Position numbers and translations under genes: made by a program. From the IMG/VR virus record IMGVR_UViG_3300029707_000012: a DNA stretch of 35,777 nt; one strand, 5' to 3'. Of the stretch, positions 12,996 through 20,359 are shown piece after piece. The notes under the pieces are model-generated. The model worked only from the letters and a program-made list of their open reading frames with translations. It did not search any database and had not been told where the DNA came from. Numbering within the stretch: the first letter of the stretch is position 1; each line of letters begins with the position of its first letter. This stretch comes from a virus.

Positions 12996-13243
12996 TGGCT
13001 TACTACAAAAACGAATTTGACACCGGCTTCGTCGTTGACGAAAAGACCGGAGAGAGCACGGCAATGTTTACCGTCGGAATCACCGTCGCGGAATACCGCG
13101 AGCTCGTAGATAGAGCAGGAAAAAACGACGCGGCGCGTCTCGCGGATGACTACTGGAAGATGCGCACGGAGAATGTCGCCCTGCGCGCCGAGCTTGCCGA
13201 TCTCCGGCAGAAGCTCGCGGAGGTCAAGGAAGCAGCAAAATGA
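12995..13243 (+). CDS. Hypothetical coiled-coil protein (82 aa)
   Basis: The ORF has a TAATG overlap upstream and an ATGA overlap downstream. Confidence 0.55.
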   Translation: MAYYKNEFDTGFVVDEKTGESTAMFTVGITVAEYRELVDRAGKNDAARLADDYWKMRTENVALRAELADLRQKLAEVKEAAK

Positions 13244-14172
13244 GCATCACGAAAGTCAAAACGGCAAGTCACGGGGAATGGCTCGCACTGCGAAGCACGT
13301 ATATAGGCGGCAGCGACGCGGCGGCGGTCATGGGATTGAATCCGTTTTCCTCGCCTTATGCTCTGTGGGCAGAAAAGACCGGACAAATCCCCTGTTTTGC
13401 CGGGAACCTTGCAACGGAAGTCGGTACATTCCTCGAGGAATTTGTCGCGCAGAAGTTCGCCGCCGAGACCGGCAAGAAGGTTCGCAAATGCAAGCAGAGT
13501 TTTTTTAACACCGATTATCCATTCGCCATTGCCAATATCGACCGCGAGATCGTCGGCGAGGACGCGGGGCTGGAAATCAAAACCACGTCCGAGCTGAACA
13601 TGAAGAAGTTCAAGGGCGGCGAGTATCCGGCAAATTACTATTGCCAGTGCGTTCATTACATGGCAATGACCGGAAAACAGCGTTGGTATCTGGCTGTCCT
13701 GATCGGCAACCGTGATTTTCGATGGTTCACCATTGAGCGCGACGAAGCCGAGATTGCCGCTCTGATGGGCGCAGAAGCGGACTTTTGGGAGCTGGTGAAA
13801 AATCACACGCCGCCCGCTGCGGACGGCTCACGCGCCACAACAGAAGCAATCAAGACGATATACGCGGAAAGCAGCGAAGATACCGTTGATCTGACTTTGA
13901 AGCTCCCGGCGCTTTTGCAGTACATAGACCTTGGCAAGCAGATTGCCGAGCTGGAAACCATGCGGGACGAAGCAGCAAACAGGATCAAGTCCTTCATGGG
14001 CGACGCTGGCGGCGGCGAGTGTGACGGCTACCGCGTTTCGTGGAAATCCAGCACACGGCGCACGTTCGACAGCAAGAAATTTGCAAAGGATAATCCCGGT
14101 CTTGATCTGACCGGATATTACAAAGAAACATCTGCCCGGACATTCCGGGTGACAGAAATGAAGGGAGCATAA
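13240..14172 (+). CDS. YqaJ-type (lambda Exo-like, PD-(D/E)xK) recombination exonuclease (310 aa)
   Basis: The motifs are HGEWLALRSTYIGGSDAAAVMGLNPFSSPYALWAEKTG ... IDREI ... LEIKTTS. The gene lies next to RecT. Confidence 0.85.
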   Translation: MSITKVKTASHGEWLALRSTYIGGSDAAAVMGLNPFSSPYALWAEKTGQIPCFAGNLATEVGTFLEEFVAQKFAAETGKKVRKCKQSFFNTDYPFAIANIDREIVGEDAGLEIKTTSELNMKKFKGGEYPANYYCQCVHYMAMTGKQRWYLAVLIGNRDFRWFTIERDEAEIAALMGAEADFWELVKNHTPPAADGSRATTEAIKTIYAESSEDTVDLTLKLPALLQYIDLGKQIAELETMRDEAANRIKSFMGDAGGGECDGYRVSWKSSTRRTFDSKKFAKDNPGLDLTGYYKETSARTFRVTEMKGA

Positions 14173-14176
14173 AACA

Positions 14177-14329
14177 ATGAAAAACATCATCCAGAAGGAA
14201 GAACATCGCAAGAAGTCCAAGAATCCAACAACCAACTATCCGAAGGATAGCCACAAGGATTTCTGCAAGCGGTGTATGAAGTTCAACGGCTATTGCCCAA
14301 ATGGAAACCCCAAAACCTGCAATCTTTGA
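14177..14329 (+). CDS. Possible small Cys-rich protein (50 aa)
   Basis: An ATG-to-TGA ORF that fills the gap between the exonuclease and RecT. GGGAG lies 9 nt upstream. The Cys pattern is CKRC-x6-C-x8-C. Confidence 0.45.
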   Translation: MKNIIQKEEHRKKSKNPTTNYPKDSHKDFCKRCMKFNGYCPNGNPKTCNL

Positions 14330-14344
14330 GAGGAGAATTGAATT

Positions 14345-15163
14345 ATGGCAAACATTATTCAGCGTCAGGCGGTTGATATGAAAGCGCCGGAAAAAAAGAC
14401 GATGCAGCAGTACATCAAGAGCATGGAAGGCGAGATCGCAAAGGCTCTGCCTTCTGTCATCACGCCGGAGCGCTTCACGCGCATTGTCCTTTCGGCGATC
14501 TCCGTCAATCCGAAACTCGGAAGCTGCACACCGGCAAGCTTTCTCGGCGCGATGATGACCAGCGCCCAGCTTGGTCTTGAAGTAAACACGCCGCTTGGAC
14601 AGGCTTATGTCCTTCCCTACAACAACAAGGGGACGCTCGAAGCACAGTTCCAGCTTGGATACAAAGGGCTTATTGATCTTGCGTACCGTTCCGGCGAAGT
14701 GGAAGTCATTCAGGCGCACGTTGTTTATGCCAACGATGAATTTGAATGCGAATACGGCCTTGAGCCGAAGCTTACGCACAAACCGGCTGACAGCAACCGG
14801 GGCGAGCCTGTCAAGGTCTATGCCGTTTTCAAGACCAAAAGCGGCGGCTACGGCTTCGAGGTCATGAGCATGGAAGATGTGCGGCAGCACGCCGTGAAGT
14901 ACAGCAAGGCATACGGCAGCAGCTTTTCACCATGGAAGACAAACTTTGAAGAAATGGCGAAAAAGACGGTTTTGAAGCGTGTCCTCAAATACGCGCCGCT
15001 GAAATCTGAGTTTGTCAAAGCGGCGGTACAGGACGAGGTCATCAAGAAAGGGCTTTCTGACGATATGTATTCTGTGCCGAATGAAACGGTCTTTGATGCC
15101 GAGTTCGCCGAGGTTGACGAGGAAACCGGAGAAGTAAAGGACGGCGGTGAAATCCATGAATAA
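14345..15163 (+). CDS. recT: RecT-family single-strand annealing protein (272 aa)
   Basis: The segment ITPERFTRIVLSAISVNPKLGSCTPASFLGAMMTSAQLGLEVNTPLGQAYVLPY is the RecT core pattern. Confidence 0.88.
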   Translation: MANIIQRQAVDMKAPEKKTMQQYIKSMEGEIAKALPSVITPERFTRIVLSAISVNPKLGSCTPASFLGAMMTSAQLGLEVNTPLGQAYVLPYNNKGTLEAQFQLGYKGLIDLAYRSGEVEVIQAHVVYANDEFECEYGLEPKLTHKPADSNRGEPVKVYAVFKTKSGGYGFEVMSMEDVRQHAVKYSKAYGSSFSPWKTNFEEMAKKTVLKRVLKYAPLKSEFVKAAVQDEVIKKGLSDDMYSVPNETVFDAEFAEVDEETGEVKDGGEIHE

Positions 15164-15551
15164 AGTAATCCTTATCGGTCGGCTTACCGCTGACCCGGAC
15201 ATTCGGCAGACAAATTCCGGCAAATCGGTTGCCTCCTACCGTCTGGCCGTTGATCGGAATATAAAGGCCGAGGGACAGCCGGAAGCGGATTTCCTGAACT
15301 GTACCGCCTTTGGGAAGTCGGCGGAGTTTGCCGGGAACTATCTCCGAAAGGGAATGAAGATCGCCGTCGAGGGGCGCATCCAGACCGGAAGCTACGAAAA
15401 GGACGGCGTGAAGCGGTACACAACGGATATCATCGTTGACCGGCACGAGTTCTGCGAAAGCAAGCGTTCTTCCGAATCTGGCGGCGCTGCCCCGGAGCAG
15501 GGATTTTCGGAGATCCCCGAATCGGAAGATGACGGACAGCTTCCGTTTTAA
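15156..15551 (+). CDS. ssb: Single-stranded DNA-binding protein (131 aa)
   Basis: The product has the OB-fold start MNKVILIGRLTADPDIRQT and the acidic tail EDDGQLPF. The track start at 15147 is a GTG three codons upstream. Confidence 0.9.
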   Translation: MNKVILIGRLTADPDIRQTNSGKSVASYRLAVDRNIKAEGQPEADFLNCTAFGKSAEFAGNYLRKGMKIAVEGRIQTGSYEKDGVKRYTTDIIVDRHEFCESKRSSESGGAAPEQGFSEIPESEDDGQLPF

Positions 15552-15563
15552 CGGAGGCGCACA

Positions 15564-16229
15564 ATGGCATTAGAGAGCTTCAATGCCTATCACAGCTACC
15601 TCGACACCATGGAAGCGCTGAATGACGCGGAGTGCGGGAGACTGTTCAGGGCGCTGCTGGAATACAGCGCGACCGGCGCAGCTCCGGAACTCCGCGGTAA
15701 TGAACGCTTTGTCTTCCCCGGCATGAGGTCGCAGATCGATAGGGACATTGAGAAATACAACGCCAAATGCGCGCGAAACCGCGAGAACGGAGAAAAGGGT
15801 GGGGGGCATTCGCCCCCGAACGCCCCCGAACGCCCCCGAACGCCCCCCAAGGACAAGGACAAGGACAAGGACAAGGACAAAGACAGATGTTTTCCCTCTG
15901 ACGAGGAAAAACATAAAGGCGCTTCCGCGCTGGATGCGGCTTTGAACGATTTTGCGGAAATGCGGAAAAAGATGCGCAAACCGCTTACCGACCGCGCCCT
16001 TGCTCTCACGATTTCCGAACTGGAAAAGCTCGCCCCCGGCGATGACGAGAAGAAGATCGCCATCCTCAACCAGAGCATCCAGCGAGGCTGGCAGGGTGTT
16101 TTCCCGCTCAAGGACGAGCCGGAAGCGCCGAAGAAAACAGCTCCCGCCCGTATGCCGCATGAAGACGATTCAGAGCGGCTACAAAGAATTTTAGCAAATA
16201 TCGAAAATAAACAGAACGAAAAGGAGTAA
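15564..16229 (+). CDS. Replication-module protein (replisome-organiser/DnaD-like accessory candidate) with a low-complexity linker (221 aa)
   Basis: The conserved N-terminus is YHSYLDTMEALNDAECGRLFRALLEYSATG. The C-terminus is RKKMRKPLTDRALALTISELEKL...ILNQSIQRGWQGVFPL. The function is inferred from position and remembered similarity. Confidence 0.45.
   Translation: MALESFNAYHSYLDTMEALNDAECGRLFRALLEYSATGAAPELRGNERFVFPGMRSQIDRDIEKYNAKCARNRENGEKGGGHSPPNAPERPRTPPKDKDKDKDKDKDRCFPSDEEKHKGASALDAALNDFAEMRKKMRKPLTDRALALTISELEKLAPGDDEKKIAILNQSIQRGWQGVFPLKDEPEAPKKTAPARMPHEDDSERLQRILANIENKQNEKE
15811..15848 (+). repeat. 10-bp tandem repeat cgcccccgaa x3 plus a partial fourth copy
   Basis: The three full copies are perfect and lie inside CDS 15564-16229. 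Confidence 0.95.
15849..15884 (+). repeat. Hexanucleotide repeat (AAGGAC)x5 plus AAAGAC, encoding (KD)6
   Basis: Read directly from the sequence. It sits immediately 3' of the 10-bp repeat. Confidence 0.95.
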
Positions 16230-16234
16230 CAAAC

Positions 16235-16534
16235 ATGAAAGAAACAAACATCGGAAAGTACGTTATCATCCGCGGAGACCGCTCCGGCGTGTTCGCGGGA
16301 ACCCTTGCCGCCCGTGAGGGGCGCGAAGTCCAGCTCACCGACTGCCGCCGTATTTGGTATTGGGACGGCGCGGCAAGCATCTCACAGCTCGCCATTGACG
16401 GCACGAGCAAGCCGAGCGACTGTAAGTTCCCGGCGCCGGTGAAGGAGATCACGATTCTCGACGCTATCGAAATCATCCCCTGCACGGAGAAGGCCGAAGC
16501 GAGCATCAAGGCGGTGCGCGAATGGAAGCGCTGA
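16235..16534 (+). CDS. Conserved phage hypothetical protein (99 aa)
   Basis: The pattern GKYVIIRGDRSGVFAGTL...CRRIWYWDGAASISQLA recurs in phage replication modules as far as I recall. The function is unknown. Confidence 0.55.
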   Translation: MKETNIGKYVIIRGDRSGVFAGTLAAREGREVQLTDCRRIWYWDGAASISQLAIDGTSKPSDCKFPAPVKEITILDAIEIIPCTEKAEASIKAVREWKR

Positions 16535-17115
16535 CGCGGGAGGCATTCCTCCACACGGATTTTACCGGCTCCGGCTACGGCTACGGCTCCGGCTACGGCG
16601 ACGGCTCCGGCTCCGGCTCCGGCTTAAAATCCCTTAACGGGCAGACGGTCGATATGATCGACGACGTACCGACGATCCTCACGCGCATCATCGGCAACGT
16701 TGCCAAGGGCTTCATTGTCCGCACCGATCTCTCGCTTGCTCCTACATTCGTCTGCAAGCAGGGGAACACGTTCGCCCACGGCGAGACGTTGCACAAGGCG
16801 CGGGAGGCGCTGCTCGAAAAGCTCTTTGACGATATGCCTACAGAAGAACGCATAGCGGCATTCTGCGCCGAGTTCAAGCCCGCCGTCAAACGCCCGGCGA
16901 CGGATTTTTTCTCTTGGCATCACCGCCTTACCGGAAGCTGCGAGCAGGGGCGGCGAGAGTTCGCCCGGCAGCATGACATTGATATCGACAGCGATGAGAT
17001 GACGCCCGAAGAGTTCTTCGCTCTGACGCGCGATTCCTACGGCGGCAGTATCATCCGCCAGACGGAAGAGGCATTTGCCGACAGTAATGGCGAGATCGTA
17101 GAGGTGGAAGAATGA
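16522..17115 (+). CDS. Hypothetical protein with an N-terminal (GSGYG)-type glycine repeat (197 aa)
   Basis: GSGYGYGSGYGDGSGSGSG is followed by a globular domain (NGQTVDMIDDVPTIL...FAHGETLHKAREAL). Confidence 0.55.
   Translation: MEALTREAFLHTDFTGSGYGYGSGYGDGSGSGSGLKSLNGQTVDMIDDVPTILTRIIGNVAKGFIVRTDLSLAPTFVCKQGNTFAHGETLHKAREALLEKLFDDMPTEERIAAFCAEFKPAVKRPATDFFSWHHRLTGSCEQGRREFARQHDIDIDSDEMTPEEFFALTRDSYGGSIIRQTEEAFADSNGEIVEVEE
16567..16623 (+). repeat. Coding microsatellite (ggctcc/ggctac units, 19 codons)
   Basis: Read directly from the sequence. The repeat is in frame. Confidence 0.9.
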
Positions 17116-17774
17116 AAGTCCTGATTGCCTGCGAAGAATCGCAGAGGGTGTGCATCGCTTTCCGCAAGCGCGGTCAAGAGGCGTACAGCTGCGATTTTCA
17201 GGAGCCGTCCGGCGGTCATCCCGAATGGCACATTTTAGGCGATGCACTAAGGGCCATAGAGGGGGGGCAAGTGACCACCATGGACGGGAAAACGCATGAC
17301 ATAGGCCGATGGGATATGATTATCGCTTTCGTCCCCTGCACAAAAACAAGCAATGCCGGAGCGCGCCATCTCTACAAAGGCGGCAAACTGAACTTGCAGC
17401 GCTACTACGATGGACTATGCGGAAAAGCACTTTTCATGGCTGTGTGGGCCGCGGACTGTGACAAAGTGGTGATTGAAAATCCGACGCCGAGCAAGATTTT
17501 CGACTACCCGCCGCATACACAGGCGATACAGCCGTTCATGTTTGGGCATCCGTTCACAAAAAAAACCCTCCTCTGGGAGCGAGGCGTCGAGCCGCTGACG
17601 CCTACAAACATCGTGGAGCCGACGGCGACATGGTGTCCAAGCGGCAGTTACAGCGGGAAACACGGTGAGGAACACAAGGGAATGTTCACGACAGACAGGG
17701 CAAGGAACCGAGCAAAGACATTTCCCGGCATTGCGGAGGCAATGGCCGAACAATGGGGAGGTGATATCCGATGA
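17112..17774 (+). CDS. Divergent C5-cytosine-methyltransferase-fold protein lacking a canonical FxGxG SAM motif (220 aa)
   Basis: The N-terminus MKVLIACEESQ replaces motif I. FVPCT is a PC catalytic-loop-like motif, IENP is ENV-like, and the C-terminus reads RNRAKTFPGIAEAMAEQWGG. Confidence 0.45.
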   Translation: MKVLIACEESQRVCIAFRKRGQEAYSCDFQEPSGGHPEWHILGDALRAIEGGQVTTMDGKTHDIGRWDMIIAFVPCTKTSNAGARHLYKGGKLNLQRYYDGLCGKALFMAVWAADCDKVVIENPTPSKIFDYPPHTQAIQPFMFGHPFTKKTLLWERGVEPLTPTNIVEPTATWCPSGSYSGKHGEEHKGMFTTDRARNRAKTFPGIAEAMAEQWGGDIR

Positions 17775-18205
17775 TTTACATCGGAATAGACCCCGGCAAG
17801 AACGGCGGCCTTTCCATTCTGCAAGGGGAAGAAGTCCAGACGTTCCGGTATGACCGAGACACCTACCGCTGCGTCCTCTCCGACATGCGCGGGGAAAAGG
17901 CGGTGTGTTGTTTAGAGCACGTCAGCGCCATGCCGGGGCAGGGAGTTACATCCATGTTCCACTTCGGCGAGGGCTTCGGCTGGCTGCAAGGGATGCTCGA
18001 AGCATACGAGATCCCCTATGAGCTCGTCCGCCCGCAGAAGTGGAAGAAGGAATTTTCCGTCACCGCCGACAAGAACACGTCCATAGAGGTCTGCAAGCGG
18101 CTCTTCCCCGGCGTAAATCTCATCCCGCCGGGATGCCGCAAGGAGCATGACGGAATGGCAGAATCTTTACTCATGGCACTCTACGCCAAACGGAGGCTCG
18201 GATGA
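17771..18205 (+). CDS. RuvC-like Holliday junction resolvase (144 aa)
   Basis: The motifs are MIYIGIDPGKNGG, CCLEHV and RPQKWKK...DKNTS...HDGMAESLLMALYA. Confidence 0.7.
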   Translation: MIYIGIDPGKNGGLSILQGEEVQTFRYDRDTYRCVLSDMRGEKAVCCLEHVSAMPGQGVTSMFHFGEGFGWLQGMLEAYEIPYELVRPQKWKKEFSVTADKNTSIEVCKRLFPGVNLIPPGCRKEHDGMAESLLMALYAKRRLG

Positions 18206-18840
18206 AACGAATTGACCTTACCGGGCAGCGCTTCGGACGCCTGACGGTCATACGATACGACCACTCCGAGCACACCGGCGCGCATTGGCTCTGCAAATGC
18301 GATTGCGGAAAAGAAAAGGTTGCCGCCGGGTATTCCCTGCGGAGCGGAAATACAAAATCCTGCGGCTGTCTGAACTCCGACGCTTCGCGGGCAAAGCTCG
18401 AAAAGGCAAGGGCGGCTATAAAGGCACGACCGAGAAAAGACCTGACAGGTCAGCGGTTCGGGCGGCTCGTTGTCCTCGGCCTTGCCGATGTGCCGGACAG
18501 AAAGGGCTTCATTTTCTGGCGCGTCCGCTGCGACTGCGGAACGGAAAAAGTCATCATGCAGAACAACATCATTTACGGACAAACGCGATCCTGCGGCTGT
18601 CTCGCAAACGAAGTGAGAGCGGCAAGAGCCGAACACATGAGGCAGGGCAGAAAGCCGAAAAAAGCGACTGTGGAAGTCAGGAAGCCGAAACGCGAGAAAA
18701 CCGCCGTCCGCAAAGTTTACCCGGCAAGAACCGCCGCAGAGTTTTTCCGTTTCTCCAAAGCGCACGGATGCAGCGTGTGCGCGGACAGGAAGGACTGCGA
18801 CATGACATTCTGCAAATACGAAAAGGAGCTGACATCGTGA
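18202..18840 (+). CDS. Protein with a duplicated LTGQRFGRL-x-V...C-x-CDCG...SCGC zinc module (212 aa)
   Basis: Two copies of the module begin at residues ~5 and ~80, followed by a basic tail. It is probably DNA binding. Confidence 0.5.
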   Translation: MKRIDLTGQRFGRLTVIRYDHSEHTGAHWLCKCDCGKEKVAAGYSLRSGNTKSCGCLNSDASRAKLEKARAAIKARPRKDLTGQRFGRLVVLGLADVPDRKGFIFWRVRCDCGTEKVIMQNNIIYGQTRSCGCLANEVRAARAEHMRQGRKPKKATVEVRKPKREKTAVRKVYPARTAAEFFRFSKAHGCSVCADRKDCDMTFCKYEKELTS

Positions 18841-18992
18841 ACGAAAAACAGGAAAAGAAGCGCCGGTACAATCTGCGCCTTGAGTACATCGCGCATTTCA
18901 ACAAGTGGCTGGACAGCGAGCCGCCCCGGTGGCGCTTTATCCGCTGGCGCAAGTGGAAGAACAGCCGACCAGTATGGGAGGACGCGGCATGA
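18837..18992 (+). CDS. Hypothetical basic Trp/Arg-rich small protein (51 aa)
   Basis: The GTG start overlaps the upstream stop (GTGA), and AAGGAG lies 9 nt upstream. Confidence 0.45.
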   Translation: MNEKQEKKRRYNLRLEYIAHFNKWLDSEPPRWRFIRWRKWKNSRPVWEDAA

Positions 18993-19282
18993 TCTACAAA
19001 GAAGCAAAAGACATTCTCCGCGTCGCCGCTGCCGAAGTTGAATGGAGCTGCCCGCTGGACTATACGGAAGCGTTCAAGAAAGCAGAAGAGGCGCTGGACA
19101 AGCAGATTCCGCAGACGCCGAACAGCGGCGTTGACAGGACATGGGGAACGCTTATGAAAGAAGCCGTTTGCCCCGCGTGTGATTACGCTCTTGGGCATTG
19201 GGAATTTATTGGCGGCGGTGAGAAGATCACATACTGCGAGCATTGCGGACAGGCTATCTCTTGGGAGGGGTGGAAATGGTGA
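18989..19282 (+). CDS. Hypothetical protein with a C-terminal zinc ribbon (97 aa)
   Basis: The start forms an ATGA overlap. The ribbon is CPACDY...CEHCG. Confidence 0.55.
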   Translation: MIYKEAKDILRVAAAEVEWSCPLDYTEAFKKAEEALDKQIPQTPNSGVDRTWGTLMKEAVCPACDYALGHWEFIGGGEKITYCEHCGQAISWEGWKW

Positions 19283-19536
19283 AACCTAAACCTTGTCCTT
19301 TCTGCGGCGGAAAAGTTGCAGTAGTTGTTTGCGACCACGAAGGTAACCTTCATGATGACGAGTATCTTTTTCGTCCATACAGCGGCGTTGGGTACAGGAT
19401 TCGCCACACGCATGAATTGAACCCTAGATGTCCGATAGCAGAATACAACGTAGATGGCGGAATTGTTGGGGCCTGTATGTACGATACTGCTGAAAATGCA
19501 ATCGAAGCATGGAATAGGAGGATAGACAATGGCTGA
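19276..19536 (+). CDS. Lar-family restriction-alleviation-like protein (86 aa)
   Basis: The N-terminus KPKPCPFCGGK and the C-terminus AENAIEAWNRR are the two hallmarks of the Lar_restr_allev family. A GGGAGGGG RBS is present. Confidence 0.6.
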   Translation: MVKPKPCPFCGGKVAVVVCDHEGNLHDDEYLFRPYSGVGYRIRHTHELNPRCPIAEYNVDGGIVGACMYDTAENAIEAWNRRIDNG

Positions 19537-19834
19537 ATACTTAGAACGTGAAACGGCGGTTATGCGATTGATGCAAGACGGGTGCAGCGCAAAAAACGTA
19601 CAGTCCATAATGGAGCTTCCCGCCGTATCCGTCCCGCAATGGATCAGCGTCAAGGATAGGTTGCCGGAACCGGACGAAAACCCGGTGCTTGCTGGGAATG
19701 CGGAACTTTGCTTTGTAAACACGGCATGGTATCACGTCGCAACCAAACGCTGGGAATTGCCGTCTGGGATTTTTTGCGAAGTAACTCATTGGATGCCGCT
19801 TCCCGAACCACCGAAAGGAGAAAACTATGGATGA
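19529..19834 (+). CDS. DUF551-like protein (101 aa)
   Basis: The pattern is WISVKDRLPEPDE ... VTHWMPLPEPP. Confidence 0.6.
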   Translation: MAEYLERETAVMRLMQDGCSAKNVQSIMELPAVSVPQWISVKDRLPEPDENPVLAGNAELCFVNTAWYHVATKRWELPSGIFCEVTHWMPLPEPPKGENYG

Positions 19835-20348
19835 ATACATAAAGCGCGACGGGCTGCTTCGTAAGTTCAACATTGATGACATGATGAACGTAAACGGAAC
19901 GTTGATTTCTCTGCATGACGCGCGCGAGACGATTTCAAACTTTCCGGCCGCTGACGTTGCTCCTGTACGGCACGGAAAGTGGGTGCATTCTCGCTATGAA
20001 AACTGCTCTGAGCAGTTTGAAATGGTAAAGTGCTCGTGCTGCGGGCGTGAAGCTTATGCTATGGCGTTTTATGTGCGCGACGGGAATTACTGCCCAAACT
20101 GCGGAGCGCCGATCACCGGGAGCGTGTGCGAGTATTGCGGGACAAGGCACGAGACGGGGATTATGATTCGTTGCGCCCCTGCTTCGCAAATTTTCCGCGA
20201 TTCGTTTCTGCTTTCGTGCCGCATCCAACAATGCAGCAAGGAAGAGATTGAACGGCTGCAAACAATGCTCGCAAGGGAGTCTGTGAACGCTTTAGACAGT
20301 CTCATAAATTCATACGAGAGAAATAGAAACGCTGCACAGCGTATTTAA
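19827..20348 (+). CDS. Hypothetical multi-zinc-ribbon protein (173 aa)
   Basis: The motifs are VRHGKW, CSCCG...CPNCG...CEYCG. The last 7 codons are duplicated at 21028-21051. Confidence 0.55.
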   Translation: MDEYIKRDGLLRKFNIDDMMNVNGTLISLHDARETISNFPAADVAPVRHGKWVHSRYENCSEQFEMVKCSCCGREAYAMAFYVRDGNYCPNCGAPITGSVCEYCGTRHETGIMIRCAPASQIFRDSFLLSCRIQQCSKEEIERLQTMLARESVNALDSLINSYERNRNAAQRI

Positions 20349-20349
20349 C
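20327..20349. repeat. 23-bp direct repeat, copy 1 (aaacgcTgcacagcgtAtttaac)
   Basis: Matches 21030-21052 at 21 of 23 positions. It contains the inverted repeat acgctg/cagcgt. Confidence 0.85.
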
Positions 20350-20359
20350 GGGTGATGGC

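Noticed and set aside
13150-14890. Minus-strand ORFs 13150-13806 and 13994-14890
   Set aside because: Both are antisense to the clearly recognisable YqaJ exonuclease and RecT genes, and their composition is typical of shadow frames.
15811-16623. Short tandem repeats considered as a possible CRISPR array
   Set aside because: The units are 6-10 bp, contiguous and without spacers, and they lie in frame or within CDSs. They are coding microsatellites, not CRISPR repeats. No cas genes are present.
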